Assembly (NCBI GenBank): GCA_036261265.1 | Contig: DATALC010000096.1 | Coordinates: 2,590-66,589, forward strand | Source: Bacteroidales bacterium | GTDB lineage: Bacteria > Bacteroidota > Bacteroidia > Bacteroidales > VadinHA17 | Reading direction: 5' to 3' | Length of the DNA: 64,000 nt | Shown here: piece by piece, positions 37,609 through 46,878 of the stretch | Layout: each line of letters starts with the position of its first letter | Position numbering within the stretch: the stretch's first letter is position 1 | Translations under genes and position numbers: made by a program | Notes under the pieces: generated by a model | The model's database searches: none | What the model saw: the letters and a program-made list of their open reading frames with translations, nothing else | What the model was told of the DNA's origin: nothing

Positions 37609-38385
37609 ATGAATCGGGCATTGTTCAGATTTTATGAAGAATTGAATGATTTCCTTCCGGTTGCACGGAAGAAACAGCAATTCATATATAAATTTGACGG
37701 TAACCCTTCAGTGAAGGACATAATTGAATCTCTCGGAGTTCCTCATCCCGAGATAGATCTCATACTTATAAACGGAGAATCAGTCGATTTCTCAGCAAAA
37801 GTAAAAGACGGGGACTCAATTTCTGTTTACCCTGTTTTTGAGAGTTTGGATATTTCAGGAATTCAGCATCTTAGAAAAGAACCTTTACGAAATACATGTT
37901 TCATTCTTGATGTTCACCTTGGAAAGCTTGCAAAGAACCTGCGGATGCTCGGTTTTGATTCGTTATATGAGAAATATCTGGATGATAACGAGATAATATA
38001 TATAGCAAATAATGAAAACAGGATCATACTGACCCGCGACAGGATGTTACTTAAAAATGGATTTGTAACTCATGGCTACTGGATCAGATCTTCCGATCCA
38101 GGGCTTCAGACTGCCGAAGTAATAAAAAAGTTCAGCCTTTCAGACAATATGAAGCCGCTGACTCGTTGTCTTGAATGTAATACTACTGTCATTTCTGTCT
38201 CAAAAGATGAAATCATTGAAAAGCTTCCACCCAGAACAAGGCAATATTATAATGACTTCCGAAGGTGTCCCGGATGTGGAAGAGTATACTGGAAAGGCTC
38301 ACATTATGAGAGAATGATGAGCTTTGTCGGTTCATTACGCGACAGCTCTGCTCAAACTCTTTCTGGAACAGAAGCCGGATCTTAG
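37609..38385 (+). CDS. Mut7-C (DUF82) RNase-domain protein with N-terminal ubiquitin-like domain and C-terminal zinc ribbon
   Basis: FRFYEELNDFL....SVKD.IE.LGVPH.E is the ubiquitin-like Mut7-C N-terminus. F..D.HLGKLA..LR.LG.D is the PIN-like core. C.ECN...CPGCGRVYW.GSH is the zinc ribbon. The start codon directly follows the ADH stop. Confidence 0.7.
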   Translation: MNRALFRFYEELNDFLPVARKKQQFIYKFDGNPSVKDIIESLGVPHPEIDLILINGESVDFSAKVKDGDSISVYPVFESLDISGIQHLRKEPLRNTCFILDVHLGKLAKNLRMLGFDSLYEKYLDDNEIIYIANNENRIILTRDRMLLKNGFVTHGYWIRSSDPGLQTAEVIKKFSLSDNMKPLTRCLECNTTVISVSKDEIIEKLPPRTRQYYNDFRRCPGCGRVYWKGSHYERMMSFVGSLRDSSAQTLSGTEAGS

Positions 38386-38465
38386 GTGATTTTTGCGTCT
38401 TTTCAGGAAAACGATTATTTTTATGCCACTTTCATTGATTTTTGTCCTGACCTAAACTAACTGTT

Positions 38466-39821
38466 ATGAAAAACCAACTCCTTAAAAGTCTGATTTTCTT
38501 CTTTTTACTGTTAATTATTTCACAATCATCCTTTCCGCAGCTCCCAAAGGAGACTGAGGCTCAAAAGACTCAGCGCATGAAATGGTGGACAGATGCACGT
38601 TTCGGTATGTTTATTCACTGGGGCCTCTATGCACTTCCTGCAAGACATGAGTGGGTTAAGAACCGCGAAAGGCTGACAAACGAACAGTACCAGAAGTACT
38701 TCGATCATTTCAATCCTGATCTTTATGATGCAAAAACCTGGGCAAAGATGGCAAAGGAAGCAGGCATGAAATATGTTGTTCTTACAGCAAAACACCATGA
38801 AGGTTTTTGTAACTGGGATTCGAAGTATACTGACTATAAATGCACAAATACACCATACGGAAAAGATATTATAAAGGAATATGTTGAAGCTTTCAGGGCT
38901 GAAGGACTGAAAGTAGGATTTTATTATTCACTTATCGACTGGCATCATCCTGATTTCACAATTGACAGGAACCATCCACAACGACAGGAAAATGAAGCCA
39001 ATTATGAAGGGCTTAACAAAGGCAAAGATATGTCAAAGTACCGCCAGTATATGAAGGATCAGGTTACTGAGCTGCTGACAAACTATGGTGAAATAAGTAT
39101 AATCTGGTTCGATTTTTCATATCCTGGAAAGAACGGGAAGGGACATGATGACTGGGACTCAGAAGGTCTGCTTAAGCTCACGCGAAAACTTCAGCCGGGT
39201 ATAATTGTAGACGACAGGCTGGATCTGAAAGATGTTCCCGGAGGCTGGGATTTCACGACTCCGGAGCAGGTGAAGGTTACAAAATGGCCTGAATACAATG
39301 GTCAGCGGATTCCATGGGAGACATGCCAGACATTCTCCGGTTCATGGGGTTATTATCGTGATGAGACAACGTGGAAAAGCCCTGCCCAGTTACTCGAGCT
39401 GCTTATAGAATCTGTAAGTAAAGGCGGTAATCTCCTCCTTAATGTAGGCCCAACTGCCCGCGGAACTTTCGATCAGAGGGCACAGGACAGGCTTGATGCT
39501 ATGGGTGAATGGATGAAATTAAACAGCAGGTCTGTTTATGGATGTACGGAAGCTCCGGCCGGAATTACAGCTCCCGCTAATACACTTCTGACATATAATC
39601 CTGTGACTAACAGGCTTTATATACATCTGCTGTCGTATCCGATGGGCAATGTTACTCTTTCAAATGCTGTTGGAAAGGTTGATTATGCCCAGTTCCTTCA
39701 TGATGCATCTGAAATTAAGTTTTCTGCAGGCCGGGATGAAGCCGCTAATGATGTTACTTTCTCTCTCCCGATTCTGAAACCGGATGTTGAAATTCCTGTA
39801 CTGGAGGTTTTTCTTAAATGA
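38466..39821 (+). CDS. GH29 alpha-L-fucosidase, secreted
   Basis: W...RFGMFIHWGLY, KHHEGFCNWDS, and a C-terminal beta-sandwich. Confidence 0.88.
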   Translation: MKNQLLKSLIFFFLLLIISQSSFPQLPKETEAQKTQRMKWWTDARFGMFIHWGLYALPARHEWVKNRERLTNEQYQKYFDHFNPDLYDAKTWAKMAKEAGMKYVVLTAKHHEGFCNWDSKYTDYKCTNTPYGKDIIKEYVEAFRAEGLKVGFYYSLIDWHHPDFTIDRNHPQRQENEANYEGLNKGKDMSKYRQYMKDQVTELLTNYGEISIIWFDFSYPGKNGKGHDDWDSEGLLKLTRKLQPGIIVDDRLDLKDVPGGWDFTTPEQVKVTKWPEYNGQRIPWETCQTFSGSWGYYRDETTWKSPAQLLELLIESVSKGGNLLLNVGPTARGTFDQRAQDRLDAMGEWMKLNSRSVYGCTEAPAGITAPANTLLTYNPVTNRLYIHLLSYPMGNVTLSNAVGKVDYAQFLHDASEIKFSAGRDEAANDVTFSLPILKPDVEIPVLEVFLK

Positions 39822-40903
39822 GATTCAGCTCAGTAATTATTGGATTTCTGTTGATCAGCCGGTTTATTCCGGTAAACGGACAGGAAAAAAGTAATTTTTT
39901 CTTCACTGGTGCGCAGGCTCATTACGGCTTTATTATACCTCATACAAGCAAAGTAGAACCTATTTCACACACAAATCCCTACGGGTTCGAGCTTGATCTC
40001 AACTGGCTGCATACTTCCTTCGAAAGCTGGCGAGTTTTTCATGCCTACAATATCTCTGGTGTTCAGCTTGTGTACTACAACTACCAGAACCCTGAAATAG
40101 TAGGCTCTTCCTATGCTCTTACAGCTTACACTGAACCCATAGTAAAAAGAGGCAACCGGCTGATGTTCTCAGTAAGGGGAGGAGGAGGTTTATCTTATCA
40201 GACAAATATTTTTGATTTTGACAAAAACACTGAAAACCTTTTCTTCAGTACGAGGATAAGCTTCCCTTTATACATGTCGGCAAGGCTTAAATTCGGTATT
40301 ACCGATAATTTATTCCTGACGCTTGCCGGGACATACAACCATATTTCAAATGGCGCCATGAGAATACCGAATATGGGAATGAACTTTCCGACAGCTTCTG
40401 CAGGGCTGGAATTGTTCCCGGGGAAATTTCCAAAACTTGATAATGGATATGTTCCGGAAAAAAGTATCGGTTTCAGGGAACAATACATATTGATCCAGGG
40501 CATTACAGGTTACAAGGATGTATATGGTGTTTCAACCTGGACATGGGGTATGAGCTCACGTTACACATGGCGGATGAAGAGCTTCTATGCATTGAATGCG
40601 GGTGCGGAGCTTATTTTTGATAAAGGCGTAAGAAAAATGATTGAAATAGAGGATAAGAAACTTGATTATAAAAGATTTGCATTAACAGGCGGACAGGACT
40701 TCTTCCTGGGCAGAATTATATTTTCACAATACATTGGAGTATATCTCTATTCGCCTTATAAGGCAAAGGCCCCTGTTTATCAGAAGTATGAAGTTTCTTA
40801 CAGGGTAATGCCGCATCTTCTTACAGGAGTATATCTCAAGGCTCATACAAGCGATGCTGAATTGTTCGGATTTTCGATGAATTGCATACTAGGAATTAAA
40901 TAA
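39818..40903 (+). CDS. Acyloxyacyl hydrolase / lipid A 3-O-deacylase (PagL-like) outer-membrane protein
   Basis: Signal peptide, beta-barrel-like alternating pattern, HISNG motif (NHISNGAMRIPNMGMN). ATGA overlap with the fucosidase gene. Confidence 0.65.
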   Translation: MRFSSVIIGFLLISRFIPVNGQEKSNFFFTGAQAHYGFIIPHTSKVEPISHTNPYGFELDLNWLHTSFESWRVFHAYNISGVQLVYYNYQNPEIVGSSYALTAYTEPIVKRGNRLMFSVRGGGGLSYQTNIFDFDKNTENLFFSTRISFPLYMSARLKFGITDNLFLTLAGTYNHISNGAMRIPNMGMNFPTASAGLELFPGKFPKLDNGYVPEKSIGFREQYILIQGITGYKDVYGVSTWTWGMSSRYTWRMKSFYALNAGAELIFDKGVRKMIEIEDKKLDYKRFALTGGQDFFLGRIIFSQYIGVYLYSPYKAKAPVYQKYEVSYRVMPHLLTGVYLKAHTSDAELFGFSMNCILGIK

Positions 40904-41060
40904 AAGCATACCTGACACGATCTCGCGGAACTCTGTCGAACAATGACAAAAATCTCCCCGGCATACATCCGGGAATTATTGACAGGACATGCACCGGGGC
41001 GATGGAATTCTTTTGTTAATCTTTAATATGAATATCGGTAATCATGCATTTGAATCGCTT

Positions 41061-41187
41061 GAAAATCAATTTATTTACCCCATCCCCAAGGGGAGTAAAT
41101 TGATTTTGACTTCGTCGAGCTCCTCCACTTAGTGTCGTCGGTTCTTCGCTCCCCTATATGGGGCCGGGGTAAACGAAGAAAATCAAT
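41061..41187. repeat. MITE-like / REP-like element: two inverted copies of a GC-rich hairpin motif flanked by a 10-bp direct repeat
   Basis: gaaaatcaat occurs at 41061-41070 and 41178-41187. Hairpin A is 41062-41107 with 12-bp arms. Hairpin B is 41142-41180 with 7-bp arms. Both contain TTTACCCCnnCCCC-loop-GGGGAG, in opposite orientations. Confidence 0.45.
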
Positions 41188-41218
41188 GAGTCATATACAT
41201 GATTCCTGATAGTCATAT

Positions 41219-43270
41219 TTATTGAAGCGCTTTGTCAAGAGCATTTAATATCGGCTGTGCTGAAATCTTCGATCCTGTAGCGCCCATCATCCATTGCTGC
41301 GGAGTGAGCCTTCCCTGGCTGAACATACGATCGATCTCATCAGGAAGCTTTTTACCTTTCAGGAATTCCTCGATCTGGAACTGTACTATGTGGCCGTAAG
41401 AATAATTTGCAAGGTAGAGTGGTGCATTTACCATGTGCGAATAAATTGCGAGCAACGGAGAATCCTTTACTCCGAGAACCGGTGCAAAATACTTATTCCA
41501 TGTATCTTTAGCAATCTTAATAACTGCCTCTTTCAGCTGAGCAGGTGTGGCTTCAGGATTCTCATACATCCATTTCCAAGTATTCATATCAACCATTCCG
41601 ACACCCATTATTTCCATCAGTGACCATGCTGAATTCATGACCTCCATTTTCTCTTTCTCAGCATTTTCATCCTTTACGCCGAGGAGCTGAAGATCGCGGT
41701 TCTGGAAGACGAATGCAAGAGCTTCCGTTATTGAAGTATTCGGAACACCGGACATCATGTAGTTGTCAACATCATACATTGATATTGTCTGCTCCACATT
41801 GTGGCCGAATTCATGTACAGCAATGTTGTAACCTTTATAGTCCATTCCTTTCCCTGAGACACGTGTTCTAAGATGAGATACAGCGCCTTTCATTCCTGTT
41901 CCCCAGGCATGTCCGGAACCACGGGCAGGATCAACAACAATCTTGTCGGCTATGTAATTTGCCCTTGTGCTGTTCCATCCAAGCTTTTTAAGCATGTTTG
42001 GCATATCGGCATTGAAGGCATGAGGATCCGGATAAAGTTTTGATGTCTTCTCAGTGAGCATGTCTTCAGGAATATTGCTCTTGGCCATAAAGCCATTATA
42101 CCAGATGTCATAAGGTCTCAGATCCCTGCCAAGCCTCTCTTTTACGACCTGGCCAAGCTTTACAAGCTGAGGCGATTTGAGATAAGAATCAAAAAGAGAC
42201 TCGACTTCATCCTGGGCTATTTCCATCTCCCATGAAAATTTCCTGAGAATAGCAGTATTCATTTCAGGATTATATGCATCTACTTCGCGCATGGCATTGA
42301 AAATGTCGAGTATTAGCTTATACCGTGTATCGGGCTCGAGCTTTGCTTCGATCGCTGTTCCGTCCTTCGAAACCTTGTTTGAATACGGAGCCCACACATA
42401 AGCGGGATTGTTAATCACATCCTGTGGAATCTCCTGGGTTATTATACGTTCCATGACCTTATAGATCATCTCCTGCTTCTCCTGACCATTCTGCTTGTCT
42501 GCATAATCGGCTTTCAGCTCATCCCTCAGGTTCCAGTGTGAAAGGAGAGACATGCCATCAGGAAAGATTTGTTTCCCGTCATCTGTGCGAAGGCTTCCCA
42601 TCTGGATATTATATTCCGCAATATACATCTCTGCATTGCCTGATGCAGTACTGAGCTTCTGATTTAATTCAGCAGGCACTCTCGATACAAACTGGTCGCC
42701 AAGTCTTGCCATTGCCCAGTCAGAACGGTTCCATGAGGGGCCAAGCTTTTCTTTTTCTTCGAGTGTGTAATATGGAAAGTTAAGTGCCACAGCAAAAGCA
42801 ATTTTATTTCCATAAAAATCATCGGAGAGATGGGCGCCTGCAGAATAGTTTCCAAACATACGATCGATCTCATCAATATCGCCCCTGGCTTCGTCGAGGT
42901 TCTTCTTCAGGTCAAGGGTGATTTCGTTGAGGTTGCCTCCGATTGATTCAAAATACCCGCTTATTTTATCGAATACAGCTTTCCTGTTTGCAGGATCAGG
43001 GATATAGCTGCTGCTTACGAATTTTACAAAATCCTTTTGAGATCCATCTTCCTGCCTCCACAGTGAGGCTGCATGTTTTACACCCTTTTCGAGAAGCGCG
43101 ACATCTGCATTCGGGTGAAGTGTCCTGACAGTATCAATTACTGTGTTGATTAAAGCTTCGTTTATAAAACCTGATTTCATTGATGTTTCATTTTTATTCT
43201 TGTCCCCGGGTGACGAACACGATAAAATGAAAAGAGGTAATAAGAACAGTATTTTCTTCATAATAGGCAT
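41219..43270 (-). CDS. Gluzincin (HEXXH...E) zinc metallopeptidase lipoprotein, family unassigned
   Basis: Lipoprotein signal (..FILSCSS). VHEFGHNV with ITEALAF 27 aa downstream. 683 aa. Confidence 0.6.
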   Translation of the reverse strand: MPIMKKILFLLPLFILSCSSPGDKNKNETSMKSGFINEALINTVIDTVRTLHPNADVALLEKGVKHAASLWRQEDGSQKDFVKFVSSSYIPDPANRKAVFDKISGYFESIGGNLNEITLDLKKNLDEARGDIDEIDRMFGNYSAGAHLSDDFYGNKIAFAVALNFPYYTLEEKEKLGPSWNRSDWAMARLGDQFVSRVPAELNQKLSTASGNAEMYIAEYNIQMGSLRTDDGKQIFPDGMSLLSHWNLRDELKADYADKQNGQEKQEMIYKVMERIITQEIPQDVINNPAYVWAPYSNKVSKDGTAIEAKLEPDTRYKLILDIFNAMREVDAYNPEMNTAILRKFSWEMEIAQDEVESLFDSYLKSPQLVKLGQVVKERLGRDLRPYDIWYNGFMAKSNIPEDMLTEKTSKLYPDPHAFNADMPNMLKKLGWNSTRANYIADKIVVDPARGSGHAWGTGMKGAVSHLRTRVSGKGMDYKGYNIAVHEFGHNVEQTISMYDVDNYMMSGVPNTSITEALAFVFQNRDLQLLGVKDENAEKEKMEVMNSAWSLMEIMGVGMVDMNTWKWMYENPEATPAQLKEAVIKIAKDTWNKYFAPVLGVKDSPLLAIYSHMVNAPLYLANYSYGHIVQFQIEEFLKGKKLPDEIDRMFSQGRLTPQQWMMGATGSKISAQPILNALDKALQ

Positions 43271-43298
43271 TTTTTAATACTCCTGGTTAAGTTGAAAC

Positions 43299-44969
43299 TT
43301 ATTTTACAAACTGTTCAGCATAGTATTTTGCAGTAAGCTTCTCTCCGGTTGCCCTTTCGATCATTTCGTTCCAGTAATACCTTGATCCGGGTTGGAAAAC
43401 ATACTTCTTCAGGTATTCACCGACAGCCTTATCGTTGACAAAAGATTTGTTAGTTGTCACATTCGTTGTAATGTAACTATACAACTGTGAAGCAAGCATT
43501 TCCCCCAGAAGATAATTATGATAGTAGCAGGGATAAAGAGCAACATGGATCTTTGTAGCCCAGTCAGGCATGTTTCTGCCTTCGGGTTTCTTCAGGAGCT
43601 GGTATTTTTCAACATTATCCCACCAGAGCTTATTCAGGTCCTGATCGGGGTTCTCATACATAGATTTTTCAAAATGGTACATAACCTGCACCCATCTGCT
43701 GAAAACAAGCATCTGAAGCCTGAGGGCCATCCTGCTGTTCTCATTAATTGCATCTCTTTCTTTCTCGTCGATTATTCCCATACCATACATCCAGCCGGGA
43801 TCAGTCGCAAAACGACCGAACAGGTTTGCAATGGCTTCTGTTGTGAAAGCATGGGCTGCATCTCGCAGTGTGAAGGGAAGATCCCTGTCATTATAATATG
43901 AATAAACACCATGCCCGAGCTCGTGGAGTATTGTGTTCATCCAGTATGAGTCGGGACGTATATTCGTTAGCGCTCTTACGTCGCCTGCCCTGTCGATATC
44001 AGTGCAGAATGCATGCTGGTTCTTTCCGGGTTTTTCATAAAGATCACTTTTACTTAGAACAGGTTCTGCATCGAGGCCGATGCCGGCATAAAATGTCGAT
44101 ACGAGCTTAACAGGATCCTGCTTTTCATAATATTTGTCGAAATCGACTGAATATATTTCAGGAGCTTCCTGGAAATACCTGTTCTGATAATGCCATGGTT
44201 GAAGCTGGCCTGCAGGCACTTTGTACCGCTTTGAGAAATACATGTCAATCTCATTTTTAAGCTTTACAAAACCTTCTTTTGTAAGATTATCGAGCTCATC
44301 AAGAATGGCTGTTACTTCTGAAGGCTCCTGGCCAGATAATTTGAGACTCATTTCATGATAATTATTAAATCCCAGCTTTTTAGCTATGAGATTCCTGTGC
44401 TTTACAAGCTTAATGATGTCATCCGCAACCTCGGGCCCGATCATTTTCGATCCTTCCCAGGCTTTCTGGAGCTCAACGCTGTTTGTTGAATTTCTGAGTA
44501 TGTTTTCGACCTCATTGTCTGTTACTGCTTTTCCGTTCAGGTTAGCTCTGAAGTTGCCGTATTTTCTGCTTATCTCGGTTTCCATCTTTATCTGTTGGGC
44601 AATGAGGGCAGTATCAACCTGTCCTCCAAGGAAACCATTGTATAAAAGCTCAAGCTCTCTTGCAAGAATTGAATCTTTTACTTCACCTGAGTCCTTTATC
44701 TTTTTAAGGCGGGCAAATGCTACAGTATCGGTGAATACTTTTGCATATTCAAATGATGCCTTTTCACTTTCTGCATAGTCTTCAGCTTTGCCTGAAACAT
44801 TTGCATTCCATGAAGCTAAAGCCGAGTTCTTATAGAGAGGTATGCCTTTTTCTTCGAATGAAGAGATGAAATCTCTCAGATCAGTTTCCATTTTTTCCTG
44901 TTTTGTTTTGCATGACCATGATGTTAAAATCAGTATGGCCACGAATGTCATGAATTTAAGTTTTTGCAT
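43299..44969 (-). CDS. M2-like (angiotensin-converting-enzyme-like) peptidyl-dipeptidase, secreted
   Basis: ILHELGHGVY plus TEAIANLFG (the HEXXH + EA.. pattern of M2). The N-terminal ASWNANVSG.. resembles the ACE lid helices. The family call is from memory, not a search. Confidence 0.65.
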   Translation of the reverse strand: MQKLKFMTFVAILILTSWSCKTKQEKMETDLRDFISSFEEKGIPLYKNSALASWNANVSGKAEDYAESEKASFEYAKVFTDTVAFARLKKIKDSGEVKDSILARELELLYNGFLGGQVDTALIAQQIKMETEISRKYGNFRANLNGKAVTDNEVENILRNSTNSVELQKAWEGSKMIGPEVADDIIKLVKHRNLIAKKLGFNNYHEMSLKLSGQEPSEVTAILDELDNLTKEGFVKLKNEIDMYFSKRYKVPAGQLQPWHYQNRYFQEAPEIYSVDFDKYYEKQDPVKLVSTFYAGIGLDAEPVLSKSDLYEKPGKNQHAFCTDIDRAGDVRALTNIRPDSYWMNTILHELGHGVYSYYNDRDLPFTLRDAAHAFTTEAIANLFGRFATDPGWMYGMGIIDEKERDAINENSRMALRLQMLVFSRWVQVMYHFEKSMYENPDQDLNKLWWDNVEKYQLLKKPEGRNMPDWATKIHVALYPCYYHNYLLGEMLASQLYSYITTNVTTNKSFVNDKAVGEYLKKYVFQPGSRYYWNEMIERATGEKLTAKYYAEQFVK

Positions 44970-45030
44970 ATTCAGGTTTTTTACGAAGTTAATAATCCGG
45001 TTATAAATTCAGATATTATCTTAAAAAATT

Positions 45031-45038
45031 TATATTTG
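45031..45038 (+). promoter_or_regulatory. -7 box (TAnnTTTG) for the DUF1080 gene
   Basis: TATATTTG, 17 nt upstream of the ATG at 45056. Confidence 0.4.
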
Positions 45039-45055
45039 GAAATCAGGGATAGTCT

Positions 45056-45718
45056 ATGAGATCAGGGATTAAATTGCTGTTGTTCCTTTTGTTACTCGTT
45101 TCCTGTAAAGGACGCAGGAACGAAACAATGTTATCAGTTGAAGAGAATCAGGCATTGTCCGACAGCTCGCTCATATTTGATGGTAAAAGCCTCGATGGCT
45201 GGGAAATTACAAATTTCGGTCCCCAGGGTCCTGTCTATGTTTCAGGTGGCGAGCTTGTTTTGGGGATGGGCGACGGATGCACCGGAGTAACATATAAGAA
45301 GGCTTTCCCTGTGACAGATTATAAGGTTACGCTCGAAGCAAAAAGAGTTGCGGGCGTTGATTTTTTCTGCGGAATGACATTCCCTGTGGGAGATGAACCA
45401 TGTTCATTGATAGTTGGCGGCTGGGGTGGAACAACTGTGGGGCTTAGCAGCATTGATGGTCTTGATGCTTCTGAAAATGAAACAACACGACTGATGAAAT
45501 TTGAAAAAAACCGTTGGTATGAAATTTGTCTTGAAGTCAGGAAAGGGGAGATAAAAGCCTGGATTGATGATTCACTGGTAGTTGATTTTACGAAGAAAGG
45601 CAGAAAATTGTCGATCAGGCCAGAGGTGGAGCTATCGAAACCGTTTGGAATATGCTCATGGACAACTACAGCCGCATTGAGGAATATACGGCTTGAGAAT
45701 GCCGGCCTTGATGATTAG
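45056..45718 (+). CDS. DUF1080 (3-keto-disaccharide hydrolase-like, concanavalin fold) protein
   Basis: LFDGKSLDGWE......W.V..G.L and a C-terminal ..NIRL pattern. Confidence 0.72.
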   Translation: MRSGIKLLLFLLLLVSCKGRRNETMLSVEENQALSDSSLIFDGKSLDGWEITNFGPQGPVYVSGGELVLGMGDGCTGVTYKKAFPVTDYKVTLEAKRVAGVDFFCGMTFPVGDEPCSLIVGGWGGTTVGLSSIDGLDASENETTRLMKFEKNRWYEICLEVRKGEIKAWIDDSLVVDFTKKGRKLSIRPEVELSKPFGICSWTTTAALRNIRLENAGLDD

Positions 45719-45753
45719 AATCTACCATTTATTTGAAACTATATCTGCTAAAT

Positions 45754-46788
45754 ATGAAAAATTCGATTCTTTGTTTAATCATTCTGGCTGCCCTGAGTTC
45801 GTGCAAAACAAATCAGTTGTGGCTAAACGTCATTGAACCAGCGCCTGTTACAGTGCCATCATACATTAAGAAAGTAGGAATAATAGACAGGACAGCCCCG
45901 ACCGATGAATCAAAAGCCCTTGATGTCGCCGATCAGGTTCTTTCCCTCGAAGGGAAAAATCTTGATAAGGATGGCGCTTCAGAAAGTATCAAAGGTCTTT
46001 CAGAAGAACTCATGAACAATAACAGGTTCACTGAAGTAAAAACACTATCTGATATTGATTTCAGAACTCCGAAGCTTGTTGCCTTTCCAACACCTCTTTC
46101 CTGGGAAATTGTTGAAAAGATCTGCGCTGAAAAGGAAACAGATGCTCTTTTTGCACTTGAAAAATTTGACACAGACACAAGAATCAATTATTCAAATTCA
46201 AAAAGAGATGTAAAAACACCATTGGGAACAATACCTGCAATTGAACATCAGGCCGATATGGAAACACTTGTAAAGACCGGCTGGAGAATTTATGATCCTG
46301 AAGGAAAAGCAATTCTTGACGAATTTATATACAATGAATCAATCGTATTTCACAGCAGAGGAATTAACCCGCTGACTGCCGCAGCCGGACTGATTGGAAG
46401 GAAAGATGCAGTTAAAGAAGTGGGGAATAAGGCCGGACATGGTTATGCCCTCAGGCTGATACCGGTTGAAACAAGGGTTATGCGAGATTATTATGTAAAA
46501 GGAACAGATAATTTCAAGATAGCAAAAAGAAAAGCCCAGACAGGCAACTGGGATGCCGCAGGCGCAATCTGGTTGAAGGAAACTGAGAACCCGAAAATGA
46601 AAGTAGCCGGTCGCGCATTTTATAATATGGCAATAATAAGTGAAATAAACGGGGATCTTGATTCAGCCCTGAATTATGCCCGTAAATCATACGAGGATTA
46701 TAATAACAAACTGGGAATCAGGTATGTCCATATTCTGGAGAACAGGAGATATGAAAATGAAGTCCTTGAGGTTCAGAATCAAAAATAA
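45754..46788 (+). CDS. Lipoprotein with C-terminal TPR-like helices (DUF6340-like, tentative)
   Basis: Lipobox LSSC. The C-terminal A...W.....NP....A.YNMAI..E..GDLD.AL.YA repeat is TPR-like. The ATG at 45754 is preferred to the TTG at 45733. Confidence 0.5.
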   Translation: MKNSILCLIILAALSSCKTNQLWLNVIEPAPVTVPSYIKKVGIIDRTAPTDESKALDVADQVLSLEGKNLDKDGASESIKGLSEELMNNNRFTEVKTLSDIDFRTPKLVAFPTPLSWEIVEKICAEKETDALFALEKFDTDTRINYSNSKRDVKTPLGTIPAIEHQADMETLVKTGWRIYDPEGKAILDEFIYNESIVFHSRGINPLTAAAGLIGRKDAVKEVGNKAGHGYALRLIPVETRVMRDYYVKGTDNFKIAKRKAQTGNWDAAGAIWLKETENPKMKVAGRAFYNMAIISEINGDLDSALNYARKSYEDYNNKLGIRYVHILENRRYENEVLEVQNQK

Positions 46789-46878
46789 ATTCTTGTGTAT
46801 CATTTTAATAAAAAAAGCATTATCTTCATCACCTAACCTGTATCTGAATCTTACAGTAATATTTCACTCTGAATCCGT

